Source: Macrostomum lignano
Lineage: Eukaryota
Length of the DNA: 64,000 nucleotides
Assembly: GCA_002269645.1 (NCBI GenBank)
Contig: NIVC01000507.1
Location: forward strand, 124,001-188,000
Reading direction: 5' to 3'
The position numbers and the translations under genes were made by a program. Under the pieces are notes generated by a model, which was not told the origin of the DNA, did not search any database, and saw nothing but the letters and a program-made list of their open reading frames with translations. Below, one piece after another: positions 60,701 to 64,000 of this stretch (the first letter of the stretch is position 1; every line of letters begins with the position of its first letter).

Positions 60701-61912
60701 CCGCTTCGGTTTGTGCGGCCCGAGCCACCATGCCGGCCAGGGCGACGAAAGCGGCGTCGGACGCGCTCGGCGCTGGCGCCGGCGCCAGCGGGGGTGGGGG
60801 CGGCGCCGCCGTTGGAATCTCAAGCTTTATACGGGCGTCGTCTGTTGGCGGTGTTTTTTATTTGAAAAAATAATGAAAAAACCCCAATGCCACTAATTAT
60901 TATTCCTACATTTCTACTATAAGTAGAGTAGTTAACAAAATGGCACTGTCATTAATTTTAAACAAGCAAAATTTTACTATTATTTACTGCTAGCAGAGTA
61001 AAATTAAAACACCGAAATAATTTTGAATTGGGTCACAATGGTAGGTCATACCAAGTGATCAGAAAGCTAAATGGGTGCAATAATTGGGTCACAATGGTAG
61101 GTCACATTAAGTGATCAGAAAGCTACATGAGTCTCAACAGTGGGTCACAATGGTAGGTCATACCAAGTGATCAGAAAGCTAAATGGGTGCAATAATCGGG
61201 TCACAATGGTAGGTCATGCCAAGTGATCAGAAAGCTAAATGGGTGCAATAATCGGGTCACAATGGTAGGTCATGCCAAGTGATCAGAAAGCTAAATGGGT
61301 GCAATAATTGGGTCACAATGGTAGGTCACAAGAGCAAACACAGCAGCAGACTGGCGCCTCACCGGAAACGTCACTACTTTCGACGCCCAACTGGTTCAGA
61401 GCGTCAGCGGCCGCGTCAACTCCGGCGGGCTCGTCGCCGGAGCATCCAGCGGTCGGAGCTCCGGCCCCGGACCCGGCGGAAGCCGCTTTGCCAACTTGCA
61501 TGTATCCGGGATCCAGGCCAACAGAGTAGCACTTGGCTAGACGGCATGCTGGGCAATCGTTTCGGGTTGTCTTGGTAACCAAACAGTTGGGAGAAGGTCT
61601 CGAAGCGCTAGTGTCCCCGTTGTCATCTTGCTGCCGTTTTAATTGCTGCTTTTTGCAGAACAACGTTTTAGCGGAATTCCGCCGGAAGAAGTGCTTGCAA
61701 GACTCGCAGCAGACTCTGCCAAAATTATAATTGACGGCCAGATCTCCGCACACGGTGCAGACCCGCTGCTCCGCCGGTTCGCCAGGTTTGGCTTTTTTCT
61801 TGGAGTGCCGCTTCCGCTTGGGCGGGTCGGCGGGGGCGGAGGCGGCTGGGGCAGGGGCGGAGGACAGGGCAACGACGTCGCCCTCTGTGAGAACGGATAA
61901 GTCTGACTGCTC
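57733..61912 (-). CDS. Nuclear hormone receptor, NR1J/HR96/DAF-12-like DBD plus diverged C-terminal domain; 5' exon(s) outside window
   Basis: Exons 61912-61363 (CAG acceptor, GTGAGG donor, phase 1), 60841-60441 (donor GTTAGG, phase 0), 58329-57733 (TGA). C4 fingers CTVC-X13-CESC(KHFFRR) and C-X23-C-X9-CPAC-RLAKC. No ATG precedes the DBD in the first exon seen. Linking of exons 2-3 to the DBD rests on splice-phase compatibility. Confidence 0.82.
58348..60410. repeat. 21-bp minisatellite filling the last nuclear receptor intron
   Basis: GTGTAATCTACCTGGCTAAGT grading into GTGTAATCCATCTAGACAGGT. Confidence 0.97.
61028..61330. repeat. 56-bp tandem repeat in a nuclear receptor intron
   Basis: About 5 units of GGGTCACAATGGTAGGTCA..GATCAGAAAGCTAAATGGGTGCAATAAT. 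Confidence 0.93.
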
Positions 61913-61969
61913 CTGAAGTTTATTGCAGGTTTTAAACTGTATTGGAATGTGGGCAAATTTCACGGGAAT

Positions 61970-62826
61970 GTGAGATAATGAAGGAAGAGAGGCAGTGTGA
62001 GATAATGAAGGAAGAGAGGCAGTGTGAGATAATGAAGGGAGGGCAGTGTGAGATAATGAAGGGAGGGCAGTGTGAGATAATGAAGGAAGAGAGGCAGTGT
62101 GAGATAATGAAGGGAGGGCAGTGTGAGATAATGAAGGGAGGGCAGTGTGAGATAATGAAGGAAGGGCAGTGTGAGATAATGAAGGGAGGGCAGTGTGAGA
62201 TAATGAAGGGAGGGCAGTGTGAGATAATGAAGGGAGGGCAGTGTAAGATAATGAAGAAAGGGCAGTGTAAGATAATGAAGGGAGGGCAGTGTGAGATAAT
62301 GAAGGGAGGGCAGTGTAAGATAATGAAGAAAGGGCAGTGTGAGATAATGAAGGGAGGGCAGTGTGAGATAATGAAGGGAGGGCAGTGTGAGATAATGAAG
62401 GGAGGGCAGTGTGAGATAATGGAGGGCAGTGTGAGATAATGAAGGGAGGGCAGTGTGAGATAATGAAGGGAGGGCAGTGTGAGATAATGAAGGGAGGGCA
62501 GTGTGAGATAATGAAGGGAGGGCAGTGTGAGATAATGAAGGGAGGGCAGTGTGAGATAATGAAGGGAGGGCAGTGTAAGATAATGAAGAAAGGGCAGTGT
62601 AAGATAATGAAGGGAGGGCAGTGTGAGATAATGGAGGGCAGTGTGAGATAATGAAGGGAGGGCAGTGTGAGATAATGAAGGGAGAGAGGCAGTGTAAGAT
62701 AATGAAGGGAGGGCAGTGTGAGATAATGAAGGGAGGGCAGTGTGAGATAATGAAGGGAGGGCAGTGTGAGATAATGAAGGGAGGGCAGTGTGAGATAATG
62801 GAGGGCAGTGTGAGATAATGGAGGGC
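61970..62826. repeat. 24-bp minisatellite GTGTGAGATAATGAAGGGAGGGCA upstream of the DBD exon
   Basis: About 35 units; source of the LSHTALPS/CEIMKGGQ pseudo-ORFs. Confidence 0.97.
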
Positions 62827-64000
62827 TCCTGGACCTGATGGTATCTACCCTGTTCTCCTTCGTGAAGCAGCCAAGATACCCTCGTTCCTGAGACTCACCC
62901 GCAATCTTATGCGGGCCTCTATCCAGCTGGGATACGTTCCCAAAAGCTGGACTGAAGCTCGAGTAGTCTTTATTCCCAAACCTGGGAAGGGTGACTACCA
63001 AAGCGTCAAGGCCTTCCGGCCAATTAGCTTAACGTCAGCAATGCTTAAGCTCACTGAGAGGCTTATTCTCTGGCGGCTGCTCTCCTGCGAGCTGACAGCG
63101 ATGCCCCTCAGCAATAATCAGCACGCCTTCCGTACCGGGAGGTCGACTGACAGCGCCCTGCATGCGATTGTCGAAAAGATTGAACGGGCGGTACTGGGTG
63201 ACGGTTACGCCCTGGCTCTCTTTCTTGACATTGTTGGCGCCTTCGACAACGTTATCTTTGAAGCGTTTCAGAGGGCCCTTCAAAATCGCAAAGCTCATGC
63301 TACCCTCATACGGTGGATCATGTACATGATCTCCAACCGTACGGTCACTGCCCAACTTCTTGGGCAAACTGCCTCCACCAGAGTCTGTAAGGGTGGACCC
63401 CAAGGCGGAGTCCTCACCCCGACGCTCTGGAACCTGGTCATGGACGCTCTTCTGAGTGACTCCCGACCTGACCCCGTCTTCAAAGTCGGGTATGCTGATG
63501 ACGTCACGGCCATTGTGGCAGGACCGTCTCCCAGCACGCTCAGGGATCTGATGCAGAGCTTTATCCGCAAAGCAGAATCCTGGGCCAATGACAATGGTTT
63601 GGAACTCTCTGAGCCCAAAACCGTTGCCATTATGTTTACCAGCAGACTACGCTGGAACATACGTCCTCTGCAGCTCTACGGCAGAGATATTGCCTTCGCG
63701 CACCAGACCAGATGTCTCGGGGTCACACTTGACCACCGGCTCAACTGGTCCTTCCACGTGAAAGCAAAAGCTAAGCGTGCCTCAGCCATCCTGGCCCAGC
63801 TCCGACGAGCACTTGGCACTTCTTGGGGTCTATCCCCAAAGCGGCTTTGGTGGATCTATACTTCCGTAGTTAGACCTGCCATTACGTACGCCTCTGTTGT
63901 CTGGGTTAGCGCTACCCAGGTCAAAAGCCATGCAGACCTGCTCAACACGATCCAAGGCAGAGCGTGTAGGCTCATCTGCAACGCCACCAGGTCCACGCCC
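62825..64000 (+). mobile_element. LOA/Lian-like (I-group) non-LTR retrotransposon RT, 5'-truncated, open to window end, antisense in a nuclear receptor intron
   Basis: 392 codons without a stop when read by hand: APGPDGIYP, VVFIPKPGK, FRPISLTS, QHAFRTGRST, FLDIVGAFDNV, GGPQGGVLTPTLWNLVMD, GYADDV, LGVTLDHRLNW, WGLSPK. Absent from the ORF track because it lacks start and stop. Confidence 0.9.

Noticed and set aside
1690-62826. Tandem arrays of 21-37-bp units as CRISPR arrays
   Set aside because: No unique spacers, no cas genes, eukaryotic intron context.
61913-63001. N-terminal 363 aa of the 562-aa ORF fused to the NR DBD
   Set aside because: Antisense retrotransposon plus 24-bp satellite; a CAG acceptor at 61914-61913 starts the real exon.

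Overview
Eukaryotic (metazoan) genomic DNA, not prokaryotic. GC-rich GT-AG exons sit in AT-rich spacer, and nearly every intron carries its own minisatellite; this architecture resembles macrostomid flatworms such as Macrostomum (organism is an inference). Five host genes were reconstructed, all on the minus strand: cytosolic ENGase (GH85, runs off the left edge), a divergent Ric-8/synembryn, BOP1/Erb1 (with a 1-nt frameshift in its last exon), an orphan rhodopsin-type GPCR, and an NR1J/HR96-like nuclear receptor with an aberrant DNA-binding domain (5' exon outside the window). Mobile DNA comprises a tRNA-derived CORE/Meta-like SINE, a Penelope-like GIY-YIG remnant with an inverted end and a hammerhead ribozyme motif, several non-autonomous TIR elements with readable target-site duplications (TSDs), two RTE-like LINE copies tail to tail (one nested in a hAT-like MITE) and an open LOA/Lian-like RT. 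The most unexpected signal is a ~60-nt cassette matching 28S rRNA helix 69-71 (the R2/I-PpoI target) present three times: inside a MITE, in an older copy of that MITE, and antisense in the BOP1 3'UTR 13 nt after the stop codon. Most long ORFs in the supplied track are satellite artefacts.
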